64,000 bases of DNA from an uncultured Gemmatimonadales bacterium. Lineage in GTDB: Bacteria; Gemmatimonadota; Gemmatimonadetes; Gemmatimonadales; Gemmatimonadaceae. The translations under genes and the position numbers were made by a program. The stretch spans positions 224,001 to 288,000 of the forward strand of contig CAVPQB010000004.1 of the NCBI GenBank assembly GCA_963707505.1, in the 5' to 3' direction. This document shows, in pieces, positions 18,610 through 30,166 of this stretch (position 1 is its first letter; every line of letters starts with the position of its first letter). The notes under the pieces are model-generated. The model did no database searches and was not told where the DNA came from. It saw only the letters and a list, made by a program, of their open reading frames with translations.

Positions 18610-18632
18610 GCCGCCCCATGGGCGGCTTTTTT
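18610..18632 (+). terminator. Rho-independent terminator
   Basis: gccgccc-cat-gggcggc followed by tttttt, just after the NlpC/P60 stop. Confidence 0.85.
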
Positions 18633-18786
18633 GTACCCAAAATCCGGGACTTGCAGGCGAATCGCGCAAGGTTGCGCGTCAGTGCGTGTTCACATCGGTA
18701 TTAATAAGGCTGATGACGTTCTGACAGGATCCGGCTACCGGGGCCGCTCGGTAGCACAACGCACGACTGCTGTCTAAGTTCCCGCA

Positions 18787-20083
18787 ATGCCGACCTTTGG
18801 AAACGGGCGCCGCGTCGCGATCGTCGCGGGCGTGCGGACGCCGTTCGCAAAAGCCGGCACTGCGTTCAAGGGACTCTCGGCGATCGAGCTCGGCAAGCTG
18901 TGCGTCGCGGAGCTGCTCCAGCGCACGAATCTGAGCGGCAAGCGAAGTCGAGGCGCTCGTCTTCGGCACCGTCGTTCCGTCCGTGCTCGCGCCGAACATC
19001 GCGCGCGAGGTCTCGCTGATGCCGATGCTGCCAAAGGGCGTGCAGGCGTACAGCGTGAGCCGCGCGTGCGCGTCGGCGAACCAGGCGATCACCGACGCCG
19101 CCGATCAGATCGCGCTCGGTCACCACGACGTGGTGATCGCCGGCGGCGCGGAATCGCTCTCGAACGTTCCGATTCTGCACTCGCGTGGATTCGCAGACGC
19201 GCTCGTCGCGGCGTCGCGCGCCAAATCCATCACCGGCCGCATCGGTGCACTCTCGCGGATCCGGCCCAGAGATCTCGTTCCGATCACGCCGGCGATCGCC
19301 GAGCCGACCACCGGCGAGACGATGGGCCAGAGGGCCGAGAAGATGGCGAAGATCAACGACATCTCGCGCGAGGATCAGGATCAGTTCGCGCTTCGCTCGC
19401 ACCGGCTCGCGGCCGCCGGGACCGCGGATGGACGACTGACGGCCGAGATCATGCCGGTGCTCGTGCCGCCGAAGTTCGAGACCGTCGTGACGACCGACAA
19501 CGGCATTCGTGAGGACACATCTACGAGCAGCTCGCGGCGCTCAAGCCGGTGTTCGACAGGCAATACGGCACGGTGACCGCGGGCAATTCGTCGCCGCTCA
19601 CCGATGGTGGTGCATGCGTCCTGCTCATGAGCGAGGACAAGGCAAAGTCGCTCGGCTACACGCCGCTCGGCTACATCAAATCGTACGCGTACGCCGCGCT
19701 CGATCCCGGCGAGCAGCTCTTGATGGGCCCCGTGCTCGCGGCGCCGGTCGCGCTGCAGCGCGCGGGACTCACGCTCGCGGACATGGATCTCGTCGAGATG
19801 CACGAGGCGTTCGCCGCGCAGGTGCTGTGCAATCTCAAGGGCTTCGAGTCGCGTGGAATGGGCGGAGCGCGCGGGCTTCGAGGAGCCGGTCGGCGAAGTC
19901 GATCGCGCGCGACTCAACGTGATGGGCGGCTCGATCGCGATCGGGCATCCGTTCGGCGCGACAGGTGCGCGCATCACGACGACGCTCCTGAACGAGCTGC
20001 GCCGGCGCGAGCGCAGTTCGGTCTGATGACGGTGTGCGCCGCCGGCGGAATGGGCTTCGCGATGGTGGTGGAGCGGACGATGA
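18787..20083 (+). CDS. fadI: Acetyl-CoA C-acyltransferase (thiolase), several frameshifts
   Basis: Fragments across frames: [52 protein letters not shown] and VCAAGGMG. The indels are probably sequence errors. Confidence 0.85.
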
Positions 20084-22289
20084 CGGAGCCTCGCATGAAC
20101 ACTCCGGCCGCGAATGGGCGGTCCCAGGCTCCCGTGACGATGGAAGTCGACGACGGCATCGCGATCATCACGTTCGATCTTCCCGGCGAGTCGGTCAACA
20201 AGCTCACGCGCGGTATGCGCGACGCGTTCGTCGCACTGTTCGATCGCCTCGAGCGCGACGACACGGTGAAGGGCGCGTGTTGATCAGCGGCAAGCCCGAT
20301 ACCTGGATCGCCGGCGCCGACATCGAGGAGTTCACGCAACTGCGCGACGCGGCGGACGCCGAGCGCTGAGCCGCGACGGACAGGCACTCGTCGAGCATTC
20401 GAGAAGCCGCGCATTCCATTCGTCGCGGCGATTCACGGCGCGTGTCTCGGCGGCGGACTCGAAGCGTCGCTCGCCTGTCGATAGCGCATCGCGACCGATC
20501 ATCCGAAGACGATTCTCGCACTGCCCGAAGTGCAGCTCGGATTGATTCCCGGCGCGGGCGGAACGCAGCGGCTGCCGCGGCTGATCGGAGCCCGTGCCGC
20601 GCTCGACATGATTCTCACGGGCAAGAACGTGCGCGCGAAGAAGGCGCTCCAGATCGGGCTCGTCGACGAGATGGTGCATCCCGCGATTCTGCGTCGCATC
20701 GCGATCGATCGCGCGCGCAGGGCCTTGGGTGAAGGACGACTCGAGCGCGGCGCGCGCTCCCGCGGCGCATCCGGCTTGCTGCTCGATCGCAATCCGGTCG
20801 GCCGCAGCGTCGTGTTCAGGAAGGCGCGCGAGGAGGCGGAGAAGAAGACGCACGGCAATTACCCCGCGCCGCTCGCCGCGATCGACGCCGTCGACGCTGG
20901 CTTCGAGCAGGGGAATGCCGCTGGTCTGCGCGAGGAGGCGCGACTGTTCGGCGAGATGGCGGTGACCGATGTGTCGCGGCAGCTGATCTTCCTTTTCTTC
21001 GCGACGACGGCGCTCAAGAAGGACAGTGGACTTCCCGCAGGTCACACGGCCGCCGCACTCAACGTCGAGAAGATCGGCATAATCGGCGCGGGATTCATGG
21101 GCGCGGGGATCGCGACCGTCGCGGTGCAGCAGGGAACGCTGGTGCGACTGAAGGATGCCGATCAGGCGCGCGTCGGCGAAGGGATTGCGCGCGGTGCAGC
21201 GACGTGCTGAAGGAACGGCTCACCAGGCGAGCAGATCACGCGGGTCCAGTACCGCGATACATGTCGCTCGTCGGCGGCACGATCGACTATTCCGGCTTCG
21301 CGAACGTCGATCTCGTGATCGAGGCGGTGTTCGAGGATCTCGCGGTCAAGCACCGGTGCTGCGCGAGGTGGAAGCCGTCGTCAAGCCGGACGCGATCTTC
21401 GCGACCAACACGAGCACGATTCCCGTCTCGCGAATCGCGGAGGCGTCGCGACGGCCCGAGCGCGTGCTCGGCATGCACTTCTTCTCGCCCGTGCAACAAG
21501 ATGCCGCTGCTCGAGGTGATCGCGACCGAGCGAACGTCGGACTCGGTGACCGCGACGGCCGTCGCCTACGGCAAGAAGCTGGGCAAGACAGTCATCGTCG
21601 TGAACGACGGCCCGGGCTTCTACGCCAACCGGATTCTGGCGCCGTACATGAACGAGGCCGGCCGGCTGCTCGACGAAGGCGCGATCGATCGAGACGATCG
21701 ACAAGGCGCTCGTCGATTTCGGATTTCCGGTCGGCCCGATCACGCTCATCGATGAGGTCGGACTCGACGTCGCCGGCAAGGTGGGCCAGATCATGTTCGA
21801 CGCGTTCGGCGCACGTCTCTCGCAGCCCGAATCGCTGCGAAGCGTGATCGACGCGGGACGTTACGGACGAAAGTCGAAGAAGGGCTTCTACCTCTACGAC
21901 GAAGCCGGAAAGAAGGGTGAGGTCGACCCGTCGGTGTACGCGCTCTTCTCGGCACCCGGTCGCGCGCGCGCGGTCGATTCCCGAAGATGAGATCCAGCGC
22001 CGCACAGTTCTCGCGATGCTGAACGAGGCGGCGCGCTGTCTCGAGGAAGGAATCATTCGCTCGCCGCGCGACGGCGACGTCGGCGCGGTATTCGGAATCG
22101 GCTTTCCGCCGTTTCGTGGCGGACCATTCCGTTACATGGACAGCGTCGGGATCGAGCACCTCGTGCAACAGCTGGACGATCTGAACGCACGGTTTCCAGG
22201 GACGGTTCGAAGCCGCATCCGATCTGTTGCCAAATGGCGCGCTCCAACGCGCGCTTCTACCTGCAGGACTGACCAGCCAACACCACTAG
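20080..22289 (+). CDS. fadJ: Fatty acid oxidation complex subunit alpha, several frameshifts; end approximate
   Basis: [69 protein letters not shown] and [11 protein letters not shown]. Confidence 0.85.
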
Positions 22290-23935
22290 ATGAGCCATAC
22301 TATCACGTCCGCCGCGCGCGGCGTCGTCGCGGTGAGCATCGCATCGTTCGCCGTAGCGTGCGCAGCGCGAATCGATCCATCCCGCGCTGATCTACCCGAT
22401 GCCTCAGACTCGCGCCGAGGCGACCGACTACACACAAGACGTCCACCTACGGCGATGTGATCTCGTTCCTCAACGGGCTTCGCTCGCGCAACCGCCCGCT
22501 CGCGTATCGGCGCGATCGGCAAGACGACCGAAGGGCGCGACATTCCGTATCGTGATCGCGTCGCGTCCGCTCGTCAGGACGCCAGAGGAAGCGCGAAGCG
22601 TCGGGCCGGCCGATCGTGTACGTCAAGGCGAACATCCACGCGGGCGAGGTGGAGGGCAAGGAAGCACTGCTGGCGCTCGTGCGCGATCTCGCGTCTCAGC
22701 GCGGCCCCAACGTGCTCGACTCGATCGTTCTCATCGCCGTGCCGATCTACAACGCCGACGGCAATGAGAGGTTCGCCGCAGTCGGTCAATCGCACGGAGC
22801 AGAACGGACCGGAGACTGGTTGGACCAGCGCGCCAACGCCCAGGGCCTCGACCTCAATCGCGACTACGTGAAGGCCGAGGCGCCGGAGACGCGCGCGTCG
22901 CTCGCGATGTTCAACACGTGGGATCCGGACGTGTTCGTCGATCTCCACACGACCGACGGCAGCTTTCACGGCTACGCGCTGACTTATTCGCCGTCGCTGA
23001 ATCCGGCATCTCGCGCCGGGTTTGCCGGTGGTTCACGCGCGACACGATCCTTCCCGAGCTGCGCGCGCGCATGCACACCCGCGGCTTCGAGGTGTTCGAC
23101 TACGGCAACTTCGGACGCGAGTACGGGCAGGCGCAACTGACCGACACGGTGAAGGATGGCTGGTACACTTACGAGCACACGCCGCGCTTCGGAACCAACT
23201 ACTACGGAATTCGTGGGCGTATTTCAATTCTGAGCGAGGCGTACTCGCACGATCCGTTCAAGCGCCGCGTGGCTTCGACCTACGCGTTCGTGCAGGAGAT
23301 TCTGTCGGCCGCAGCGAGGCATGCAGCGCAGCTCGAGCAGATCAGATCCACCGCCGACAACGTTCAGGAAGCCGACGTTCCGATTCGCTCCCGACTGACC
23401 ACCAAACCATTCGACGCGCCGATTCCTTTCGAGGTTCTGACGCGGACTGGCGATTCGACGAGGACGCAGGCCGGCGTGCCCAATGGCATACGACGTACCG
23501 GCCGCTTCATCACGCAGGTGATGCCGGTGTACGACCGTTTCGAGCCGACACTGGCGGTGCGTCATCCGGATGCGTATCTGGTCCCGAGATGCGAAGATCG
23601 TGGCGCTACTCAAGCTTCACGGACTCACCGTCGAACCTTTCTCGTCCGCCGGTACGACCAGTCGGCTTTCAGTATTCACCATCGATTCGGTCATCACGGC
23701 GCCGCGAGCGTTCCAGGGACACAACGAAACGCATGTGACTGGCACGTGGAGTACGCCAGCCGCGCGCGACGTTACCGCCGGCGGATACGTGGTCGTATCG
23801 GCAACCGGGCGCTTCGGCCCGCTCGCCGCTTATCTTTTGGAGCCGGAGTCCGATGATGGACTCGTCGACTGGAACTTCTTCGACACGTCGATCGCAACTG
23901 GCAAACCGTTCCCCGTAATCCGCTTATACAAGTAA
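22290..23935 (+). CDS. M14 family zinc carboxypeptidase, frameshifted
   Basis: [35 protein letters not shown] and LSEAYSH. Confidence 0.85.
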
Positions 23936-23936
23936 G

Positions 23937-24869
23937 ATGCTCCGAAACACACTTCTCTATCTCTCCAACCAGCCGCGCGTCTTCAAGTTCGTCCGGACAA
24001 ATCGTCTCGCCAAGCGATTCGCCTCGCGCTTCGTCGCTGGCGAGACGCTCGAGACCGCGGTTGCCGCGGTTCGCGAGCTCAACGGTCGCGGAATCACGCG
24101 TCGCTCGACCTGCTCGGCGAGAGTGTTCACAACGAAGCCGAGGCACGCGCCGCCGGCGCTGAGTACTTGAAGATCCTCGATCGCATCGCGCGCGAGAAGC
24201 TCGATGCGAACGTGTCCGTCAAGCTCACGGCGATGGGGCTCGACATCTCCGAGGAGCTGTGCGTCTCGATCATGCACGACGTACTCGACCGCGCGCGCAA
24301 GTACGGCAGCTTCGTGCGGCTCGACATGGAAGCGAGCGACTACACGCAGAAGACGCTCGAGCTGTTCGAGCATCGCCTCTATCCCGACTTTCGCGGCACG
24401 TCGGTGTCGTGCTGCAGAGCTATCTGTATCGCACGCAGGCCGACGTCGAGCACATGAACGCGCTCGGTGCTCGCGTGCGCATCTGCAAGGGCGCGTACAA
24501 GGAGCCGGCGAGCGTCGCGTTTCCCGAAAAGAACGACGTCGACGCGAATTACGTCAAGTGCATGCAGAGCTGATGCTGCACGGCAACTATCCGGGCATCG
24601 CGACGCACGACGAAGTCGATCATCGAGAAGGCGAAGCGGTTCGCGCGCGAGAACGACATCCGCCCGATCGCTTCGAGTTCCAGATGCTGTACGGCGTTCG
24701 CCGCGATCTGCAGGAGAAGCTCGTTCGCGAGGGGTGGCGAATGCGGTGCTACGTCCCGTTCGGGACGCAGTGGTATCCGTACCTCATGCGCCGGCTCGCC
24801 GAGCGTCCGGCCAACGTCGCGTTCATCACCGGCAACATCATCAAGGAGATGGTGCGCGGCCGACGTTGA
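23937..24869 (+). CDS. Monofunctional proline dehydrogenase, frameshifted
   Basis: [42 protein letters not shown] and [22 protein letters not shown]. Confidence 0.88.
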
Positions 24870-24886
24870 GCCGCCACTGAGCCCCG

Positions 24887-25264
24887 ATGGGCCGATTTCT
24901 CCCCGCCGACCATGACGCCGGTGATGCCAACACGGTTGGCGGCTACCGTGCGGTACATTCGCGACCGGCCGCATTCGAAGGCAAGGACGGCGCTTCGTAC
25001 AGCGTGGACATCGTCGTGGACGAAGTGCGCGAGCCGGCTGGGCGCTTCGGCGCCTATCTGCTGTTCGTACACTGGCGTCGTGGCGATCCGTCCGCCGCCG
25101 GCCATCTCGAAACCGATTACATCGCCTTCGGCGAGACCGAGGACGCCGCACGCGCCGCGCTCGGTGCAATGCGATTGAGCGACGCGAAGCGCACGCTCGA
25201 TGACCTGATCACACGTGCAGAGACGCCATCGCGGCCGTGGTACGACGTCATGCGAGATTCGTGA
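24887..25264 (+). CDS. Hypothetical protein
   Basis: 125-aa ORF coupled to rsgA (GTGA overlap); HSRPAAFEGKDG and GHLETDY. Confidence 0.7.
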   Translation: MGRFLPADHDAGDANTVGGYRAVHSRPAAFEGKDGASYSVDIVVDEVREPAGRFGAYLLFVHWRRGDPSAAGHLETDYIAFGETEDAARAALGAMRLSDAKRTLDDLITRAETPSRPWYDVMRDS

Positions 25265-26220
25265 CAGGGACACCACGAACCGTGGAGGGACCGTCCCACC
25301 TCGGACGCGTCCTGTCAGGTACCGGCGGCGTGTGGCAGGTGCGCACGACCACCGGCGAGATGCATGACGCGTCGTTGCGCGGCCGTCTCAAGCTGGTGAG
25401 CGATTCAGGTGTCAAGCTGTCGGTCGGCGACAATGTCAGGGTCATCGAAGGCGAGCGTGGCGACGGATGGATGATCACCGAGATTCTTCCGCGTACGTCG
25501 CAGCTCGCTCGACGTGAGCCGGGTGGGCGCGCCGGCGAGCGGGTCGTCGTTGCGAATCTGGATCAGGTAATCGTCGTGTTCGCCGCGGCGAATCCCGAGC
25601 CGCACCCGCGAATGCTCGATCGTTTTCTGGTCATCGCCGAAGCGAACTCGCTCACCGCACGCGTAGTGATCAACAAGACTGACCTGTCAGACGAGGAAGA
25701 GATCCGCGTGCGTTTCGCCGACTATGACGCCGCTGGTTATCCGGTTCACCTCACGAGTGCGATCGCGAGGAGTGGAATCGCAGAGCTGCATGCTGTGTTC
25801 GACGGAAAGACGAGCGCGTTGAGCGGTCCGTCGGGCGTCGGCAAGTCGTCGTTGATGAATTCGCTGTATCCCGGACTCAACTTGCGAGTCGGCGCGATCA
25901 GCGAATCGGTGAACAAGGGACGCCACACGACCGTGGGTGCGGTGATGCATCCGCTTCCGGCTGGTGGCTACGTCGCGGACACTCCCGGACTGCGCGAGGT
26001 CGGAGTGTGGGGTCTCGACCCTGTGGATCTGCCGGACTGTTTCCCTGAATTTCGGCCTTTCATCCACGAATGCCGCTTCGGAAACTGTTCACATCTATCG
26101 GAGCCTGGCTGCGCGGTCATCGCCGCGGTTCAGTCCGGGACGGTGAGCGCAGCCAGATACGATAGCTATTCGAGACTGCGTGTAGAACTCGAGGAGACGG
26201 AAAAGCGCTGGAGTAAGTAG
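25261..26220 (+). CDS. rsgA: Ribosome small subunit-dependent GTPase A
   Basis: Circularly permuted G motifs NKTD, GPSGVGKSS, GRHTT and DTPG; zinc finger CRFGNCSH.EPGC. Confidence 0.95.
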   Translation: MTGTPRTVEGPSHLGRVLSGTGGVWQVRTTTGEMHDASLRGRLKLVSDSGVKLSVGDNVRVIEGERGDGWMITEILPRTSQLARREPGGRAGERVVVANLDQVIVVFAAANPEPHPRMLDRFLVIAEANSLTARVVINKTDLSDEEEIRVRFADYDAAGYPVHLTSAIARSGIAELHAVFDGKTSALSGPSGVGKSSLMNSLYPGLNLRVGAISESVNKGRHTTVGAVMHPLPAGGYVADTPGLREVGVWGLDPVDLPDCFPEFRPFIHECRFGNCSHLSEPGCAVIAAVQSGTVSAARYDSYSRLRVELEETEKRWSK

Positions 26221-26260
26221 CGCTGCAGTATCACCTCGGCGGATGAGTTGGCAGCGCGAA

Positions 26261-26554
26261 TCAATGGCCGTGCCTGCGCGTCTCCCAACCCTTCTTGGCA
26301 GCTCTGCTTCTCTCCGCGTGACTCTCGGAGTGGCCGCCAATGCGGCCGCCCTTGCGCTCCGGCTCACGATTCTCGGACGTTCCGCGGCCTGATCCGCCAG
26401 CCTTTCTCCCACCGTGACTTATCGCGTTTTCCGTCGCCCACGCGCGCCGCTCCGATTCCTTCTCCGGAACACCGCGTGATTCATATCCCTGTTCGATATG
26501 TTCGGCCTGTCTTTTCTGCTTGTCCGTGTATGCAGATTTGTCGCCTCGTGGCAT
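26261..26554 (-). CDS. Small basic hydrophilic protein (family often labelled plasmid stabilization protein)
   Basis: MPRGDKSAYTDKQKRQAEHIE..YE.RG...ERRAWAT...AAKKGWETR; CAGGAGG RBS. Confidence 0.75.
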   Translation of the reverse strand: MPRGDKSAYTDKQKRQAEHIEQGYESRGVPEKESERRAWATENAISHGGRKAGGSGRGTSENREPERKGGRIGGHSESHAERSRAAKKGWETRRHGH

Positions 26555-26726
26555 CGCGCCCTCCTGTTGGCGTGTAGAAGTGCCGCTCAGCAATCGTGCA
26601 TAACACATGCCCCTGTGTGAGTGTCAACGCCGCTTCGTGTCGTTGAGCGAGAGATGCGGACGACTCGCGGGATGTCGCGGGTATGCGCGAGCTGCAACCG
26701 GTGCCGCGCGAACACGACGAATCCCG

Positions 26727-27125
26727 TCATGACCCGTTCAGTGCGACCGCGGCACGTATGAGCGCCTTGAACGCATCCTCATCTATCTCATCACCCTCAT
26801 GGAAATCGATGGCACGCCTGGTGTTGCCTTCAAGGCTGGAGTTGAACAGCCCGGAAGGGTCCTTGAGCGAAGCACCCCTGGCGAACGTCAGCTTCACGAC
26901 GCTCTTGTACGTCTCGCCGGTGCAGATCATTCCCTCGTGATACCAAACCGGAACCCCTCTCCACTTCCATTCCTCGACCACTTGAGGGTCGGCCTGCTTG
27001 ATGAGCGCGCGGACACGGGAGAGAGTTTTGCCCCTCCAGTCGCCCAGCTCCTCGATCCTCGCGTCGATCAAGCGGGAAGGGGATTCGGCCTTGGACGCAC
27101 TCTTGGTCGTTGAGCTCTTTTTCAT
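26727..27125 (-). CDS. DUF1801 domain protein
   Basis: LGDWRG, VVEEWKWRGVPVW, CTGETYK and FNSSLEGNTRRAID. Confidence 0.9.
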   Translation of the reverse strand: MKKSSTTKSASKAESPSRLIDARIEELGDWRGKTLSRVRALIKQADPQVVEEWKWRGVPVWYHEGMICTGETYKSVVKLTFARGASLKDPSGLFNSSLEGNTRRAIDFHEGDEIDEDAFKALIRAAVALNGS

Positions 27126-27137
27126 TTTGTCTGGCTC

Positions 27138-27530
27138 CTAGCCCCAGGTGAGCTTCACGAGCTGGATCAGGTTGCCGCAAGTGTCGTCCAGCACCGCAAT
27201 GATGGAGCCCGTCGTTGAGGTGACCGGCATCGTGAACTTCACACCCTTGGCCACCAATCGATCGTGCTCCGCCTGCACGTCGCTCACCAGGAACTGGGCC
27301 GCTGGTCGGCTCTGGGCGCGAACCGCTTCCTGGTAGGCTTTGCCCGCGGGGTTGGCGTTTGACTCCAGCACCAGCTCCGTGCCCTCCGGGTCTTCTGGTG
27401 AGACAACCGTGAGCCAACGGTAGGTCCCCTGCGAGAAATCTGCTTTCTTCTGGAAGCCGAGCTTGTCCGTGTAGAACTGCAGCGCTTTATCCTGATCGTC
27501 AACGTACAGCGTAGTCCACTTGATGCGCAT
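27138..27530 (-). CDS. VOC/glyoxalase family protein
   Basis: YVDDQDKALQFYTDKLGF, RWLTVVSPEDP and DDTCGNLIQL. Confidence 0.9.
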   Translation of the reverse strand: MRIKWTTLYVDDQDKALQFYTDKLGFQKKADFSQGTYRWLTVVSPEDPEGTELVLESNANPAGKAYQEAVRAQSRPAAQFLVSDVQAEHDRLVAKGVKFTMPVTSTTGSIIAVLDDTCGNLIQLVKLTWG

Positions 27531-27588
27531 CGCTTTCTCCCTGTCTTTGGTTTTTGTCGATACTGGCTCAGCGCCGCGGACGACGCGT

Positions 27589-28048
27589 TCAGATTGTCTC
27601 GGCCGACTCCGGGATCCTCGCGAGCAGGTCGACGAGCTTTCCGCCCATCATCTTCCAGCCGTAGCGCGCGCCGCCGAAGTTCTGCTTCTGGTCCGGCTTG
27701 AAGCCCGACTGCACGAGCGACAGGCGCGTGCCCGACGCCGTGGGCGTGAGCGTGAAGGTCACGACGGTGTCGCATGTCGCCGACGACCCACGTGTAGCTG
27801 AGCTTCCTGTGCGCTTCGATCTCGAGGATCCGGCAGTTCACGGTGCCGTCCCAACCGGGCTGCGGCTGCGTCTTGAACGTGAACGCCGCCCCCGGCTCGA
27901 GCTTGAGATCGACGACGGGCAGGAGCCACTCCGCGAGCAGCACGGGGTCGGTGAGCGCGCGCCACACCTTCTCCGGCGGATGATGCAAATCGAATTCGAA
28001 CGAAATGGATTCGGTCTGCGATGGTGCGGTCTTGTCGATCGGAGTCAT
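27589..28048 (-). CDS. SRPBCC/AHSA1 domain protein, one frameshift near 27775
   Basis: HPPEKVWRALTDP..LAEW, LSYTW, then in a shifted frame DTVVTFTLTPT..GTRL..VQSGF...GARYGW. Confidence 0.85.
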
Positions 28049-28375
28049 TCGTCCATTTTCTCCAGCAGTCGTTCGAGGCGATCGACGTGCTCCGTCCAGA
28101 AGGCGCGGTAGTGCGCGATCCAGTCGATGAGCGGCTTCATCCCGCGCGGCTCCACCCGGTAGTAGACGCAGCGCCCCTCGCGCCGGCCGTTCACCAGGCC
28201 GGCGTCTTTCAAGCGCGGCGAGATGCTGCGAGACCGCCGGCTGCGAGATGTCGAAGCGCGCCGTGAGGTCCTTCACCGCCGCTTCGCCGCGCGTGAGCGA
28301 CTCGAAGATCGCCCGGCGGCTGGGGTCCGCCAGCGCCTGGAAGATCTTGTTCTCGACCGCGGCCGCGCTCTGCAT
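28045..28375 (-). CDS. ArsR/SmtB family regulator, one frameshift near 28208
   Basis: IFQALADPSRRAI, ISQPAVSQHL, then in a shifted frame AGLVNGRREGRCVYY; ATGA overlap with the SRPBCC gene. Confidence 0.85.
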
Positions 28376-28482
28376 GCGCAAACAATAAGCCGATACTTAT
28401 TGATTGTCAAGCACGGGTCGCAAGATCGGTCGCGCACCGCGGTCAAGGTCACCTGCGTAAGGCGCCTGACTTTCGCGCTTCG

Positions 28483-28995
28483 CTAACTCTTCGCCGGCAC
28501 CAGCTTGGTACTGCGTGTGATGAACAGCAGTGTCACCGCGATCGCGACGGCGGCGGTAATGGCGCATGACAACACGACGCCCCATACCAGGCCTGCCTGG
28601 GCTGCCTTTACGAGATACGACGTCCACAGTTTTTGAAGTCCGACATCGAGCGCGCCAGCCAGCGCACCGGACATTGCAGCGCCGACGGCAAGCATCCCCT
28701 TTCCGGTGAGCCGGCCGCGGACTCTTCCAGAGATCACCAGCGCAAGCCAGCAGGCTACCGCCGCCACCGTCGTGCGCTCCACGAGACGGATCATCGCGTT
28801 GCGCCAGATCGCCGGCATGATGCTGGCGCCGAGCAACTTGCGAAACAGCATGTTGAGCGGAACTACGCCAATCGCGAACACGAGCACCGCGTACGCGATC
28901 GCGAAGAGCAGTATGACGAGTGATACGCGGATCACCCGTGGAGAAGCCGAGCCGTAGAGGTGGCCTCTGGAGTCTGTTCTAGCCATCATGTCCAA
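28483..28995 (-). CDS. Hypothetical membrane protein (about 4 TM)
   Basis: Four hydrophobic stretches; no family recognised. Confidence 0.6.
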   Translation of the reverse strand: MDMMARTDSRGHLYGSASPRVIRVSLVILLFAIAYAVLVFAIGVVPLNMLFRKLLGASIMPAIWRNAMIRLVERTTVAAVACWLALVISGRVRGRLTGKGMLAVGAAMSGALAGALDVGLQKLWTSYLVKAAQAGLVWGVVLSCAITAAVAIAVTLLFITRSTKLVPAKS

Positions 28996-29058
28996 AAGAC
29001 TGAGAAGCGTGCAGATCGGTCACCGGTGGTCGCTCCGGGACCCCGGTGCAGCCGGGAG

Positions 29059-29739
29059 TCAGGCTGGGCGCGCGATGGTCGGACTCGCCGACAGCTCGCG
29101 CGCCAACGCCATCAGCTGCCGTGGATCTCCGGGCGATTCGACGTATGGAAAGCTCACCACCGGAACTGTGAGCAGCAATTCCTTGAGTAATGCCTGATTG
29201 GTGCGCTCCGCAGTGCCGCCCCGCCCCCTGGAGAGCGTCGTCAGCACGACAGCGCGAACACGCAGCCCGTGCTCTCGCACGATCTGAAGATTCATGAGAA
29301 CCTGACTGACTGAACCCACACTATTTGGCGACACGATCACGATGTCGAGTCCCCATCGCCTGAACAGTGTCGCGAAACTCTCGCTCTCAGTGATCGGCGC
29401 CAACAATCCGCCTGCTTCCTCCACGACCACCGCATCGCTCATCGTGCAAAGCTCGGCGAAAGCGCGATCCAGCATCTCGACGTCGATCGGTGAATGGCCG
29501 CGCCGCGAGGAGACCAGCGGCGAAGCCGCATCCTCGAATGCAACAGGTTCCACGAGCCGGTGGGGACAGTTGATGCCGGACGCCGCTGTCATCTGCTCGA
29601 TGTCGCCCGATCCACGACGGCCAATCGGCTTCATGGGCGCGACACGAGCTCCCGCCTCGCGCATCGCAGCGATGATCGCGCATGCGACCACCGTTTTCCC
29701 GACGCCGCTATCCGTGCCGACGACGCCGATTCGCGTCAA
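29059..29739 (-). CDS. bioD: Dethiobiotin synthase-like protein (divergent)
   Basis: P-loop GTDSGVGKT, MKP, ASP, and VEEAGGLLAP where the canonical motif is EGAGG. Confidence 0.75.
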   Translation of the reverse strand: MTRIGVVGTDSGVGKTVVACAIIAAMREAGARVAPMKPIGRRGSGDIEQMTAASGINCPHRLVEPVAFEDAASPLVSSRRGHSPIDVEMLDRAFAELCTMSDAVVVEEAGGLLAPITESESFATLFRRWGLDIVIVSPNSVGSVSQVLMNLQIVREHGLRVRAVVLTTLSRGRGGTAERTNQALLKELLLTVPVVSFPYVESPGDPRQLMALARELSASPTIARPA

Positions 29740-29746
29740 CGCGATT

Positions 29747-30166
29747 TCACTCGCCAGTCAGTGACAGCGTCCAGTCCACCGGAATGTCCTCTCTCAGTGA
29801 ATCCCGGACCGAACAGTATTTGGTGACGGAGAGATCGATCGCGCGCTCCGCGTGAGCGCGCTCGATCCCGGCTCCGCCAATCTCGAAATTGAGCGTCGCG
29901 CGCGCGAGTCTCCGCGGAGTGCCGTCCACGCGTTCCGCCTTGACGTTCACACTGAGCGAGCTGACCGGTGTCCGTCGCTTGGCGAGAATGTCCACCACGT
30001 CGACCGACACGCAGCTGGCCAGCGCGCAGAGCAGCGTGTCGACCATGCCAGGCCCCGTCTTCGCCGATGAGTCGAGATGAATGGTTGGACCGCCGGGGCG
30101 CCCACCCTCGAACTGTCCCTCGCCAGCCCAGACCACCGTTACTTCCGCCGGTATCGTCCCGCTCAC
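29747..30166 (-). CDS. OsmC family protein
   Basis: [20 protein letters not shown] and [12 protein letters not shown]; the GTG start overlaps the sulfurtransferase stop. Confidence 0.88.
   Translation of the reverse strand: MSGTIPAEVTVVWAGEGQFEGGRPGGPTIHLDSSAKTGPGMVDTLLCALASCVSVDVVDILAKRRTPVSSLSVNVKAERVDGTPRRLARATLNFEIGGAGIERAHAERAIDLSVTKYCSVRDSLREDIPVDWTLSLTGE

Noticed and set aside
18787..24869. Programmed frameshifting or true pseudogenes in fadI, fadJ, the peptidase and proline dehydrogenase
   Set aside because: There are too many scattered indels, no consistent slippery sites, and catalytic motifs are intact; sequence error is more parsimonious.
26261..26554. Plasmid or toxin-antitoxin origin suggested by the family label
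   Set aside because: No partner toxin, rep or par genes are present; the context is chromosomal (rsgA).
27284..28381. 365-aa apparent ArsR-SRPBCC fusion in the ORF track
   Set aside because: It is produced by two frameshifts; the separate genes with an ATGA overlap are recoverable.
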